Virus record (IMG/VR): IMGVR_UViG_3300044614_001780
DNA length: 64,000 nucleotides
Source of the DNA: a virus
Direction: 5' to 3' (one strand)
Part shown: in pieces, positions 8,130 to 17,426 of the stretch
How the letters are laid out: each line of letters opens with the position of its first letter
Position numbering within the stretch: the first letter of the stretch is position 1
Notes under the pieces: model-generated
Database searches by the model: none
Told to the model about the DNA's origin: nothing
The model's input: only the letters and a program-made list of their open reading frames with translations
Program-made: the position numbers and the translations under genes

Positions 8130-8370
8130 AATAATCTGGATAAATTTCTTTGTACTTTGTTACGATTCTTCTATTAGTGTTTGCGATTAGAAGATTGGTG
8201 ATATCACGAATTACAGGAACAATGTGGACATTGACTTGAGTGTTTGAATCAAATTCTCCAAATAGTTTATTTCTAACAATGTTGAAGCAATGTGCATATT
8301 CTTGTGCTTTTCCGTCAAATTCATTTAACCATTCTTGTGCATGAGTTTCATCAGCAAAATTGTCAAGCAT
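8116..8370 (-). CDS. Hypothetical protein
   Basis: AGGAGG RBS upstream. Confidence 0.6.
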   Translation of the reverse strand: MLDNFADETHAQEWLNEFDGKAQEYAHCFNIVRNKLFGEFDSNTQVNVHIVPVIRDITNLLIANTNRRIVTKYKEIYPDYYGTI

Positions 8371-8387
8371 AATTAATTTTAACCTCC

Positions 8388-8618
8388 TTATTTTTTATTG
8401 AATAAATTGTGATAGTATAATACTTGTTGATTTTTTAAATCTTCGCAATTTGGATAGTACACATCATCTTTATAGCAAGAATCTTTTAAATCTTGCTTCT
8501 CATATTTTAACACAACATTTGGTGGTTGTCTAAAATTGCAAATTTCTCCTTGCATTGTAAGGAAATTGTCAACACAAAGTCCAATAATAACTTGAGCAAT
8601 AAAATATACTGTGTCCAT
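8388..8618 (-). CDS. Hypothetical protein
   Basis: TAATG coupling; hydrophobic N-terminus. Confidence 0.55.
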   Translation of the reverse strand: MDTVYFIAQVIIGLCVDNFLTMQGEICNFRQPPNVVLKYEKQDLKDSCYKDDVYYPNCEDLKNQQVLYYHNLFNKK

Positions 8619-9418
8619 TACACCGAATGGTGAATGATAGATTTTACTACTTTACGAATCAGATATGAACCATCACCTTGGGATACCCATTCAACTTGGT
8701 CACCTTCTTTAAGGTTTGCTGCTTCCAATAAATCATCAGGAAAATTTACATAGTAGTCATCCGTTCCATCAACAACTGATTGTTGAACAGGAAGAACCCA
8801 CTTTTTTACTTTTTCTTCTTTAATCAAAGTTTTTTGAGTATCTCCTGGTTTTCTTGCATATACAGTCTTTCCCTCATCTGGAGATTCATAAATGTACCCA
8901 TCTCTATAATCTAAACGATTTGGGTCATTTCTTGAAATTTCATTTTTGAATTTGTCTTTATTGGGAAACATTTCGTTAAATTTAGATTCATTCACAGTTT
9001 TCCACCCAATATTTTTTTGATGTGGTCCTGGATTTGCAATACTATATTCTAAATCACTATGACCCCAGGGACGCATACCGTCATCTTTTACTTCTTCTGG
9101 ATAATAATTTTCTTCCCAGAAAGAAGTCCAAGACTTTTGGCACTCTGGGGATTTGTCATCTTTATCGCATACAAGATTTTCTTTTTTCTCAAGATACTCA
9201 TCGTATGCTTGAATATGTCCCTTTCCATTACCATTCAGGAGAGCAAGAAGTTCATAACACTGATTTGTATGATGCTTGTAAATATAGTATTCTTCATTTA
9301 CTGCTTCAACTATAGTATCATAAATTTCCTTTGGGGATGCTCCACCAGAAGAAATTGCGTCTTGAATCCAGGTTTTGAGATTATCAAGAGAATACTTTTT
9401 ATACTCACTCATGCTCAT
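8618..9418 (-). CDS. Protein with C-terminal AbrB/SpoVT-like DNA-binding domain
   Basis: C-terminal YYVNFPDDLLEAANLKEGDQVEWVSQGDGSYLIRK; likely start MSMSEY. Confidence 0.7.
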   Translation of the reverse strand: MSMSEYKKYSLDNLKTWIQDAISSGGASPKEIYDTIVEAVNEEYYIYKHHTNQCYELLALLNGNGKGHIQAYDEYLEKKENLVCDKDDKSPECQKSWTSFWEENYYPEEVKDDGMRPWGHSDLEYSIANPGPHQKNIGWKTVNESKFNEMFPNKDKFKNEISRNDPNRLDYRDGYIYESPDEGKTVYARKPGDTQKTLIKEEKVKKWVLPVQQSVVDGTDDYYVNFPDDLLEAANLKEGDQVEWVSQGDGSYLIRKVVKSIIHHSV

Positions 9419-9560
9419 AATCTTTAATTGCTTGCTCCATGATAACTTGGATTTCACTTGATGTCAATCCATTTAACCATTTCCAATCTGGGTCTTCTTT
9501 ATTCCATTCCATTGAAAATGACCCATCTTTATTTTGAATTATTTTTAAGGAATTATTCAT
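9405..9560 (-). CDS. Small hypothetical protein (51 aa, not in ORF track)
   Basis: MNNSLKIIQNKDGSFSMEWNKEDPDWKWLNGLTSSEIQVIMEQAIKDYEHE. Confidence 0.6.
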   Translation of the reverse strand: MNNSLKIIQNKDGSFSMEWNKEDPDWKWLNGLTSSEIQVIMEQAIKDYEHE

Positions 9561-9711
9561 CTATTTTACTAGCAATAAACTCATTTATTTTTTTCATACA
9601 TTTTTTACAATAGTACTCAAATGCATTAGGAATACTATCAACTTTATTATAATATTCTTCAGAAAGTTCGGTTGTTTTTTTGCAGGATGGGCAAGTTCTT
9701 TCTAACATCAT
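9553..9711 (-). CDS. Small zinc-finger protein (52 aa, not in ORF track)
   Basis: RTCPSCKK...YYCKKC, two CxxC pairs. Confidence 0.55.
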   Translation of the reverse strand: MMLERTCPSCKKTTELSEEYYNKVDSIPNAFEYYCKKCMKKINEFIASKIDE

Positions 9712-9732
9712 TTTTATTGAAAATAGATATTT

Positions 9733-9927
9733 CTATATATTTTCATTTTCCCAATCAGACTTTTCTTTTTTTCTAAGTTTTTTAAGTTCCTTCATCATGT
9801 CTTTAATTTCTTGATAAGCAACTTCTGGTTCCATCTTATCCGAGATTTCAAGTCCAACAATATATTGAACCTTATCTCCAAAACGAGCAAGTGCTCTTTC
9901 AAATTCTGTTAAATTTTCATAGACCAT
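9733..9927 (-). CDS. Hypothetical cyanophage protein
   Basis: MVYENLTEFERALARFGDKVQYIVGLEI; downstream of talC. Confidence 0.7.
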   Translation of the reverse strand: MVYENLTEFERALARFGDKVQYIVGLEISDKMEPEVAYQEIKDMMKELKKLRKKEKSDWENENI

Positions 9928-10573
9928 TTGCTTTCTCCCAATCTTTCTGAAAAAGTTCTAGACCTTTATCGGTCATAATATTTTTATACATTGCCCAAAA
10001 CACTGTTGGTGGAATTGTTACAACGTCTGCACCCATCATAGCACACTTTTCTACTTGACGCACCTCTCGAAGAGATGCTGCAAGTATTTGGGTTAAACAC
10101 AATTGTCCTTGTCCAGTATATGTCTGTCTAATATTTTTAATAAGTTCAATACCATCCACGGAATTATCAAACCACCTACCAACAAAAGGTGATACATACG
10201 TTGCTCCTGCTTTTTCTGCAAGAATTGCTTGAGCAACTGAAAAAATTAAAGTAACGTTTACATGCTGCCCTTGACTAGACAATGCTCTACATGCTTTCAA
10301 TCCTTCAACAGTACAAGGAACTTTGATTGTAACGTTCCAAAGTCCATTAAATGCTTGTGCTTGCTCTATCATTTCTTCAGCAGTATCAGCAACAACTTCT
10401 GCAGAAATGGATTGCAGTGTTTTAAATGAGGTTGAAATTTCTTTAATTACCTCTACTGGGTCTCTACCACTTTTCATAATTAAAGTTGGGTTAGTGGTTA
10501 CACCATCAATCAGTCCAGTAGAATATGCTGGACCAATCATATCAACATCAGCCGTATCAAGAAAAATTTTCAT
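9917..10573 (-). CDS. talC: Transaldolase TalC
   Basis: MKIFLDTAD...GVTTNPTL...TIKVP...VNVTLIFS...YVSPFVGR...LAASLR. Confidence 0.97.
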   Translation of the reverse strand: MKIFLDTADVDMIGPAYSTGLIDGVTTNPTLIMKSGRDPVEVIKEISTSFKTLQSISAEVVADTAEEMIEQAQAFNGLWNVTIKVPCTVEGLKACRALSSQGQHVNVTLIFSVAQAILAEKAGATYVSPFVGRWFDNSVDGIELIKNIRQTYTGQGQLCLTQILAASLREVRQVEKCAMMGADVVTIPPTVFWAMYKNIMTDKGLELFQKDWEKANGL

Positions 10574-10896
10574 GCGTCTCCAAGATTAAAATCTTCTAGT
10601 GTTTTGTTATTTAAATTGTAGATAACTGGGTGTATATTGTCAATCTTTGCTTGTAGTTTGTTTTCAACTTCATACAAAGAATTTGTTAATTCAATATTCT
10701 CTTCTTCCAAACGTTTTACATCAAGAAGAAGTCCTTCATATTTTTCTTCAAGTTCTTCAAGATTAGTTGAAAGTAAAATTACAATGTCTGCAATATTATA
10801 TTCACTTCCAGTAATTTTATCAATAAAATGCTTTGAAGATTCTTCTGTGTGATTTGAAAACTTATAATCGAACAAATTTTTAATCCAGTCTTTCAT
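10570..10896 (-). CDS. Hypothetical coiled-coil protein
   Basis: ATGA overlap with talC. Confidence 0.6.
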   Translation of the reverse strand: MKDWIKNLFDYKFSNHTEESSKHFIDKITGSEYNIADIVILLSTNLEELEEKYEGLLLDVKRLEEENIELTNSLYEVENKLQAKIDNIHPVIYNLNNKTLEDFNLGDA

Positions 10897-10923
10897 TTTC
10901 CTGCTCTTTATTTACTTTTTGCA

Positions 10924-11436
10924 TCAAACCCATTCAGGTTTTCGTTCTGGCATACGAAGATAATTAGATGCAACCCAAGGTTTGGATGCGATATACATCT
11001 TGTAAGCAGTAAAAGTATCAATGCTTGTGTCAAGTTTATACTCATCTGGCATTGCCCGTGCGAATGATGTTACCTCATCTATTTTACCTTTTGGAAACAA
11101 ATAATACGCATCAATTAAAGTTTTGTAACAAGCATGTGTTTTATTATACCGAAGTGTATATTCATCACATAAGTTTAATCCATGCTTAATCAACCAATAT
11201 GCGTTGTTAATTGACTCTGCTGCCCACTGTGTACATGGATGGTTGCGAAATGCACCCTTTTCTGTTTTATATGGAGTATTATCAGTCTTGTACAAAGGAC
11301 CATAACCATGACCCCACTTATCAGATGCCACAATAGAAAGCATTTGACAGCACTCTAAGGGCATTTTAACAACGTGCTTATCTGGAAGGCATATAGCACT
11401 CTCTGCAGGCCATGGTGATGTAGCAAAGATGTTCAT
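10924..11436 (-). CDS. Pyrimidine-dimer DNA glycosylase / endonuclease V family protein
   Basis: MNIF...DKHVVKMPLECCQMLS...NHPCTQW...EYTLRY...AMPDEYK. Confidence 0.8.
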   Translation of the reverse strand: MNIFATSPWPAESAICLPDKHVVKMPLECCQMLSIVASDKWGHGYGPLYKTDNTPYKTEKGAFRNHPCTQWAAESINNAYWLIKHGLNLCDEYTLRYNKTHACYKTLIDAYYLFPKGKIDEVTSFARAMPDEYKLDTSIDTFTAYKMYIASKPWVASNYLRMPERKPEWV

Positions 11437-11452
11437 AATAAAAGTTTTTTTG

Positions 11453-11674
11453 TTATTCGGTATCAGATACTTGTGTGTTTTTATTAAAACCAAACTTAAT
11501 CTTTTCTTCTTCTAGTCGAAGTTTCTGTGCAAGAGTGCAAACAGTTTCCATCACTTTAAGTGTATCTTCTGTCTTGGACCCATCGGGCATACGAGCACGA
11601 ACAATGTCAAACAGGGGAAAGAATTGTTCTGCTGCCTTTGTTACTTCCTCAGGAGTTAGTGGATTTTGATTCAT
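11453..11674 (-). CDS. Hypothetical cyanophage protein
   Basis: Likely start MNQNPLTPEEV. Confidence 0.6.
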   Translation of the reverse strand: MNQNPLTPEEVTKAAEQFFPLFDIVRARMPDGSKTEDTLKVMETVCTLAQKLRLEEEKIKFGFNKNTQVSDTE

Positions 11675-11790
11675 TTTCTTTGATAGTTTTCCAATAAGTT
11701 TCAAGTGCTTTTACGGATTCTTGGGTTTCTTCCCATTCCCAAATAGTTCCGTCTTTTTGTGTATAAGTTCTTTTAGTCATTTTTTTAATT

Positions 11791-12888
11791 TCAAACGAAC
11801 CAAGTAATTATAGAATACCTTATTCCATTTTGTACAGGCATTACTTCATGAGGGTACATAAAATTGGAGGGGAACATAACAACAGAACCTTTTTTTGGTT
11901 TTAACTTTATCTTCCTATCAAAAAATGCAAATTCTCCCCCCTCATAATCATCATTCAAAATAAATGAACAAGAGAGTGCTCGTTGTTCTTGTTTAAATGA
12001 ATCGACATGTTGTTTATAAAATTGACCCTCCTCATACTTAAGTAATGTATAACCAGAATCTGAAGAAATTTCTAAATCTGGAAAATCATCACAATATTGT
12101 ATGATTGCATTTTTTGTACATTCAAAAATTTGATTATCTAAAGATTCTCTATTTTTTTTATTCTTTGAAATAGAATCTTGCAAAGAAATCATTATTTGAG
12201 TGCAACTTCTTACTTCTTTGTTTATTTCATTATCTTTTCCAAGATAAGAAGATTCCCACTCATCATCGTAATATTCATTTAGAATTTGTTCACAAAGTTC
12301 ATCTGAAATAATATTTTCATAAACTTTTATGTAATTTTTAACATCATTTTTTCCATGATGTTTTTTATTATCAAAGTAAAAATCGGAGTATTTTCCTTGG
12401 CTTTTTACATAGTGTAAGAAACATTGCGTATAGGTTTCTCCTTTGTATTCTTCTCTTCCATGTTCAATCTCACATCCCAAATATATAATTGCATCTCCAG
12501 AATTTAATTTGATAAATTCTTTATCATCATTTCCAATAAAAAGTTCCCATTCAGAATCACCATCCAAATGAACTGTTAAAGAAATTTCACAAGATTCTCT
12601 ATCTTTATGTTTTTCTAAAATATTTTTATTTTTATAAACTCTAGCATAAGAATATGTGGGAAGAACAGTCTCTCCAAGAATCTCAGAAACTTCTACTGTC
12701 TTTTGATTCAACAATTCTAAAAAAGAAATATAATTGTAAACTGATTTACAGTCTTCTACTTGACTGTCACCAGAAACTTCATTGCTTTTACAATAATCAT
12801 TAAATTCAACAGAAAGGGATTTTGCCAATTCTTTAGGTATAAAATTTCTAATAATTTTATACCCCTTTTCTTTTATTTCTAAGTCCAT
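11791..12888 (-). CDS. Tandem two-domain 2OG-Fe(II) oxygenase (prolyl-hydroxylase-like)
   Basis: Two HxD...H...R sets: HKDRESCE/HGRE and HVD...YEGGEF...PHEV...RYS. Confidence 0.9.
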   Translation of the reverse strand: MDLEIKEKGYKIIRNFIPKELAKSLSVEFNDYCKSNEVSGDSQVEDCKSVYNYISFLELLNQKTVEVSEILGETVLPTYSYARVYKNKNILEKHKDRESCEISLTVHLDGDSEWELFIGNDDKEFIKLNSGDAIIYLGCEIEHGREEYKGETYTQCFLHYVKSQGKYSDFYFDNKKHHGKNDVKNYIKVYENIISDELCEQILNEYYDDEWESSYLGKDNEINKEVRSCTQIMISLQDSISKNKKNRESLDNQIFECTKNAIIQYCDDFPDLEISSDSGYTLLKYEEGQFYKQHVDSFKQEQRALSCSFILNDDYEGGEFAFFDRKIKLKPKKGSVVMFPSNFMYPHEVMPVQNGIRYSIITWFV

Positions 12889-12897
12889 ATTTTTTAA

Positions 12898-13104
12898 TTA
12901 AAGTTTCCCCCCAACTTCACCCGAATAAGTTTTGGATTCAGACCAACCCTCCTGCCGTCCTTTAAGATAAAAACGGGTTGCCGATAAACATTGCTCTTCA
13001 GAGAGAGATGTGATAAGTCCGTTACCTTCTTTGTCTGTTGAATACCAGAGTCCATATTTTTTTTGTTCGACATAAAAACAATCATCGTACAACTTGGGTT
13101 CCAT
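12898..13104 (-). CDS. Hypothetical cyanophage protein
   Basis: Ends YSGEVGGKL; codirectional array. Confidence 0.65.
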   Translation of the reverse strand: MEPKLYDDCFYVEQKKYGLWYSTDKEGNGLITSLSEEQCLSATRFYLKGRQEGWSESKTYSGEVGGKL

Positions 13105-13363
13105 AATTAGGTTCTTCTATTTGAATTATAACTTTTGTTTCACGGTTCCATTGCCTAATGACACCAGCAACAATAAAACAATTTGTGATTAGATAAGTTG
13201 CAAAAATAATAGTTCGTATTACTGCAACATTATCGGATTCTTTATCACACTTGGATGCCTTTTCTCCAAGTGCCTTTGCCCACCATCTCCAAGCAGTTTT
13301 TTTCTTTTTCACTTCGTCTGTGGTTTCATAAAGATTTGATAGTCCGTCTTTTTGAATTTGCAT
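13082..13363 (-). CDS. Hypothetical membrane protein
   Basis: WRWWAKALGEKA...RTIIFATYLITNCFIVAGVIRQW. Confidence 0.7.
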   Translation of the reverse strand: MQIQKDGLSNLYETTDEVKKKKTAWRWWAKALGEKASKCDKESDNVAVIRTIIFATYLITNCFIVAGVIRQWNRETKVIIQIEEPNYGTQVVR

Positions 13364-13581
13364 CGAGTGATGTACTTTTGAGCATAGTGTTCACTTTGAA
13401 AATAGCAGGTTTTTGTTTCCGATAAATCCTTGCCATCTTTATGTATAATCTTTACGGGAAACTGATTATACGGAAATGATTGTTTATCTGTTTCTGTAAT
13501 TTTTAATTGTGGTGGTTGTTTTTTCTTTGTATTTTTTGCAGTTACTTTTTTTACTGGTTTTTCTTTTTTTGGTTCAGTCAT
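13309..13581 (-). CDS. Hypothetical protein
   Basis: Likely start MTEPKK, coupled to the upstream stop. Confidence 0.6.
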   Translation of the reverse strand: MTEPKKEKPVKKVTAKNTKKKQPPQLKITETDKQSFPYNQFPVKIIHKDGKDLSETKTCYFQSEHYAQKYITRCKFKKTDYQIFMKPQTK

Positions 13582-13895
13582 CAAACAATCCTCCAACATA
13601 CAACAGCATTTCCTTTACGAGGGGAAGCAATATGACTAAATGAACTATAACTCATATCTAAATCTGCGTGTGAATATGGTCCCCTATCGTTCACTCTCAC
13701 AATTACTTGTTTCATATTATCTTGATTAGTCACCCTAATCCTCGTACCCATAGGAAGATAAGGATGAGCTGCAGTCCAACGATAAGCATCAAACCGTTCA
13801 CCATTAGCGGTTTTTTGTCCATGAAATCCGTCTCCTACTCCGTAAAAAGTTGCAATTCCACAAGTTAGTCCAGCAACAAGTAATGTACTAAGCAT
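13581..13895 (-). CDS. RlpA-like double-psi beta-barrel (lytic transglycosylase family)
   Basis: ATFYG..DGFHGQKTANGERFD...TAAHPYLPMGT...VRVNDRGPY. Confidence 0.9.
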   Translation of the reverse strand: MLSTLLVAGLTCGIATFYGVGDGFHGQKTANGERFDAYRWTAAHPYLPMGTRIRVTNQDNMKQVIVRVNDRGPYSHADLDMSYSSFSHIASPRKGNAVVCWRIV

Positions 13896-13918
13896 CAATG
13901 AGTTTTATCTACCCCCTT

Positions 13919-13976
13919 ATTATAGCAAAAAAATCTGGAGAGTTCAATGGGTGCTGTGCCACTTCATGGAGTGTCA
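13919..13976 (-). promoter_or_regulatory. Early promoter with upstream palindromic box
   Basis: TGACACT-N6-AGTGGCAC; TTGAAC-17-TATAAT. Confidence 0.7.
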
Positions 13977-14182
13977 AAGCACACACTATTGAACCTTCCA
14001 GATATTCCTTCTAGGTATATTTTGGTATGAGATGAACGAATGTCAATATCACTAATTTTATATAATTGGTCTATAGATAAGACTGGATTTGGATCATCAT
14101 TATTTCCCCATTGAATTTGTTCTTTTGAACAACCAATAAATCTTACCAAATCACCTTTTTTAAACATCTGCATCTGTTTCAC
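13964..14182 (-). CDS. Hypothetical protein
   Basis: FKKGDLVRFIGCSKEQIQWGNNDDP. Confidence 0.6.
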   Translation of the reverse strand: MKQMQMFKKGDLVRFIGCSKEQIQWGNNDDPNPVLSIDQLYKISDIDIRSSHTKIYLEGISGRFNSVCFDTP

Positions 14183-14211
14183 GGAATACTCTATGTTTTT
14201 TGAATTGAACT

Positions 14212-14421
14212 TCAGACATTATTGATATTTGACAAAAGACTATTTTTTACTAATTCAAATTTATCAGCTCTGCCTCTATAATAACTTTCATTTTCATATA
14301 AAATATCTACAATATCCCCAACAATATCCTCAACAGAAACATTATCATCAAAATACTTTTGTATTGCTTCCGATAAGTATCTTTTTCTTGTCCATTCAAT
14401 TGTATAAGGTTTGTATTCCAT
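14212..14421 (-). CDS. Hypothetical protein
   Basis: Codirectional ORF. Confidence 0.6.
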   Translation of the reverse strand: MEYKPYTIEWTRKRYLSEAIQKYFDDNVSVEDIVGDIVDILYENESYYRGRADKFELVKNSLLSNINNV

Positions 14422-14469
14422 GGTGAAAATAATATATTTTTAAGATGTTAAAGGGTGTGAGAGATTTTG

Positions 14470-14673
14470 TCAAGTATTATCAATTTCCCAACACTTCTCA
14501 AATTTATGTCTCAACTCATTGAGTTTCATTTCTTCCCAATAAGTTAAAAGATGCTGATTAATTTCTTTTTCTTCTTCCGTAAACTTCATTCTATATTTGT
14601 TTTTAATTTCAACAACTTTAAGCATGTCATCCATAAAAGTTGTTGGTAAATCTAAAAACTCTTCGTAAGTCAT
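14470..14673 (-). CDS. Hypothetical protein
   Basis: Overlaps the stop of the upstream ORF. Confidence 0.6.
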   Translation of the reverse strand: MTYEEFLDLPTTFMDDMLKVVEIKNKYRMKFTEEEKEINQHLLTYWEEMKLNELRHKFEKCWEIDNT

Positions 14674-14903
14674 ATTAATTTTTTTTCTTTAAAATATTGA
14701 AGAGTTTCTTTTAGACTTCCAATGTGCTCATGATTAATTGTTATCTGAGGATATACTGCATCTTTTCCAAATTCTGCTCGGAATTGTCTATCACTAAAAT
14801 CAACTCCAAGTTGATATTCTAAATATTCCCCATCCAAACTTTTAAGTAGCATACGAATGCGTTCACATTCCTGACTACCATCTGTATATAGAACTGCTTG
14901 CAT
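14670..14903 (-). CDS. Glutaredoxin-like protein (single Cys)
   Basis: AVLYTDGSQECER...YPQITINHEHIGS; Grx fold without CxxC. Confidence 0.7.
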   Translation of the reverse strand: MQAVLYTDGSQECERIRMLLKSLDGEYLEYQLGVDFSDRQFRAEFGKDAVYPQITINHEHIGSLKETLQYFKEKKLI

Positions 14904-15223
14904 CAATCTCTTTGCCTCCAATCATCGGGTTTATCATCAGTCCACCAATCAACAATATCATCAATACTATCAAAACCACGTTTTCCGAATCTTTCATTTC
15001 CAAATCCACCAATATCAAGTTGATTCAGAAAGTCATCCATATCACCATCCTGCATATCAGGATTTTCTGCCTTTCTCCTTGCTTGACGAAGAATAGTAGC
15101 AGCAGACCGATTTGATTTAGCAAGTTTTTCTGCCCAAATCATATCTTCAAGTTGGACTTCTTCATGATTTGCAATTCTATTACAAATAAATTCCAACCGA
15201 AGACGATACTGTGTAGATAGCAT
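14903..15223 (-). CDS. Hypothetical cyanophage protein
   Basis: MLSTQYRLRLEFICNRI...WRQRD; GAGGA RBS. Confidence 0.75.
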   Translation of the reverse strand: MLSTQYRLRLEFICNRIANHEEVQLEDMIWAEKLAKSNRSAATILRQARRKAENPDMQDGDMDDFLNQLDIGGFGNERFGKRGFDSIDDIVDWWTDDKPDDWRQRD

Positions 15224-15251
15224 TTAGAGTCCTCATGTAATTTTATTTATT

Positions 15252-15935
15252 TTAAAGATTTTTCCAGTCAGGATCACTGGTTGGATTATCTGGGAGTAAA
15301 ATCATCCAAGGAGTATCAAAATATTTTTCAAATTTAACTTCAACATTTTCCATTTCGGAAATGTATGATTCCCATTTTTTCTTTTGATTTTCAGTGAACT
15401 TTGAAGTATCAGTTTTCTTTTCTAGTTCTAGTCTAAATTTATAACCAGATAAAAACTCTTCCCTAGTTATGTGTGGTTTTTTCCATGGATGTGGTTTTTT
15501 CCATTCACCTTTTTCTAAATCATACTCACACTCTTCCAATTGTATGGTGTGATCTGGAACAGTTGGATTTGGCCTTGCGTACATCCACTCACCAGTTTCG
15601 TGATGATAATAATTTTTAACTTCCATGTCTTTCATTTCTGGTGCAGGTTGTGCAATCGCAGAAATCAATAAAGGATCATTTTCAAAATCAATAATTACTG
15701 GATAAGAATTAAATCCAGCACGTCTTGACATTGCAGTGAGTTGTTTTTCATAATTTACATCATCACAATATTCAATAAAACTTTCAAGTCTTATGAATCT
15801 ATTTGTTTCTTTATCGACAAATACCCATATCTTATCTGGTCCAGTGTAAGTCCAATCCGCCTTCAATCCCAAAGTTGTTTTATCGGAAAGATAATCATCT
15901 GGGAGATCGTATTGAAATTGTCTAGTAATTTCCAT
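15252..15935 (-). CDS. Hypothetical protein, possibly tail-fibre assembly related
   Basis: Long ORF downstream of an AT-rich promoter-like site. Confidence 0.55.
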   Translation of the reverse strand: MEITRQFQYDLPDDYLSDKTTLGLKADWTYTGPDKIWVFVDKETNRFIRLESFIEYCDDVNYEKQLTAMSRRAGFNSYPVIIDFENDPLLISAIAQPAPEMKDMEVKNYYHHETGEWMYARPNPTVPDHTIQLEECEYDLEKGEWKKPHPWKKPHITREEFLSGYKFRLELEKKTDTSKFTENQKKKWESYISEMENVEVKFEKYFDTPWMILLPDNPTSDPDWKNL

Positions 15936-15955
15936 ATTCAATAAAATTTTTTTTA

Positions 15956-16189
15956 TTATTTAGATTTTAACTCTTTTTCCAATTCTTTGGCAAGTTTCAT
16001 AGAACGACGATACATTGAATATTTTACCCATGGTGTTGCTGGGTTATGAATTAACCACCACTGAAAAATTAAATATTTTTGTTTTATAATTTTACTACAA
16101 TAATAGACTGCCTTTGCCACACTTTCATCTGTTAAAATAAAATATGCTGTAACGGCAAAAAGAAAAAACCAAAAATAATAGTACTCCAT
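15956..16189 (-). CDS. Hypothetical membrane protein
   Basis: Hydrophobic N-terminus MEYYYFWFFLFAVTAYFIL. Confidence 0.6.
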   Translation of the reverse strand: MEYYYFWFFLFAVTAYFILTDESVAKAVYYCSKIIKQKYLIFQWWLIHNPATPWVKYSMYRRSMKLAKELEKELKSK

Positions 16190-16755
16190 TAGTCCCACCA
16201 AAGTTCTAAAGATTTAAGTGCTCTAAGAAATTGTCCAGCATGGTATTGGTCTGGATTTTCCATCCTCTTCAATTCCTCAATGTACTCAATAATACCTTTA
16301 GTTGCTGGGTTAATTTCAAAAAATTCATAGAAACGAAATACATCAAACTTTTCAATGTACTTAATCATCATACTTTCGTTTCTTTGATAACCTTTAATAT
16401 AAACATCTTCCCTTTCGATTCCATCCCTATTCACAATATTAATTGGAATAAGTTTATTCTCATCAAAATCTTCCTTTTCCTTTTCTTCTTTCCATCCGTC
16501 CAATAGGTCTTTTCCAGTTCTTGCGTCTAAAACATTAAGACCCATAACATATTTTTGTTCTAACTCTAGGTCTTGAACAATCTCAGATTTATGCCACTCT
16601 TCGGTTTCATACATAAACCTATCTTTAGTGCTGTAATATTCATCATCTTTATCGGATGCACGAAAAACAAGGTTGAGATTATAACAACCTTGTTCATGAT
16701 ATGAATTCCATTGTCGATATGAAAAATGAAGAATTTCAAATGAAGAGGTGACCAT
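16189..16755 (-). CDS. Hypothetical protein
   Basis: Coupled codirectional ORF. Confidence 0.6.
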   Translation of the reverse strand: MVTSSFEILHFSYRQWNSYHEQGCYNLNLVFRASDKDDEYYSTKDRFMYETEEWHKSEIVQDLELEQKYVMGLNVLDARTGKDLLDGWKEEKEKEDFDENKLIPINIVNRDGIEREDVYIKGYQRNESMMIKYIEKFDVFRFYEFFEINPATKGIIEYIEELKRMENPDQYHAGQFLRALKSLELWWD

Positions 16756-16952
16756 CACTCCCACCTAATTGTTTTCAGATATTCTAAAACATTATCCCTT
16801 ACTTCCATCAATTCATGAAAACACTTTTGATCGTGTGCTGCTTGTCTCAATTCACTGTCTGGTTTATGCACACTCTCAATGAATAAATCTAAACCTCTAT
16901 TCCATTTGTCCTGTTTGGATTCTGCATCGTATATAAAATATGGTTTTTCCAT
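16755..16952 (-). CDS. Hypothetical cyanophage protein
   Basis: DKWNRGLDLFIESVHKPDSELRQAAHDQKC; AAGGAG RBS. Confidence 0.7.
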   Translation of the reverse strand: MEKPYFIYDAESKQDKWNRGLDLFIESVHKPDSELRQAAHDQKCFHELMEVRDNVLEYLKTIRWE

Positions 16953-16953
16953 A

Positions 16954-17127
16954 TTACTTCTCCTTATTGTTGTTTATTCTGACTGGGCAAGATGGAATGA
17001 CTTTTCTCAATTCTAATGTTATCTCTCTTTTTTGCAACTCTGTCAGTCCAACAACAGAAGAAATTCTATTAATTAAACTCAGTGCTTGTGAGCAAGTTAT
17101 TATGGTTGTTGATAGTAGTACAACCAT
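16954..17127 (-). CDS. Small two-Cys protein (57 aa, not in ORF track), paralog of 60809..61015
   Basis: MVVLLSTTIITCSQALSLINRISSVVGLTELQKREITLELRKVIPSCPVRINNNKEK; GAGG RBS. Confidence 0.7.
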   Translation of the reverse strand: MVVLLSTTIITCSQALSLINRISSVVGLTELQKREITLELRKVIPSCPVRINNNKEK

Positions 17128-17168
17128 TTCTTTACCTCAGTTCTAATAATATTTAACCTTAATTTTTC

Positions 17169-17426
17169 TTAATCATTACAATGATAGTCATCGTCAGACA
17201 CCAATTCCCAATCAAGATTTAAATTTTCTAGATATTCAATTAGTTGTTCTTCATCACTTGGGAGTATTTCATCTTCATCAAGATAAAAAAGTGCTTTACA
17301 AAGACCAGGACCATACTCTGCTGGGTCATATAGAGTAGCAGAATATACTAATTTAACGTCCTCTACCACTGCAGTTACTGTTACTTCATCCTTTTCTTGT
17401 TCAACACTATAGATTAAAGTAATCAT
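17169..17426 (-). CDS. Hypothetical acidic protein
   Basis: ATLYDPAEYGPGLC motif. Confidence 0.6.
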   Translation of the reverse strand: MITLIYSVEQEKDEVTVTAVVEDVKLVYSATLYDPAEYGPGLCKALFYLDEDEILPSDEEQLIEYLENLNLDWELVSDDDYHCND

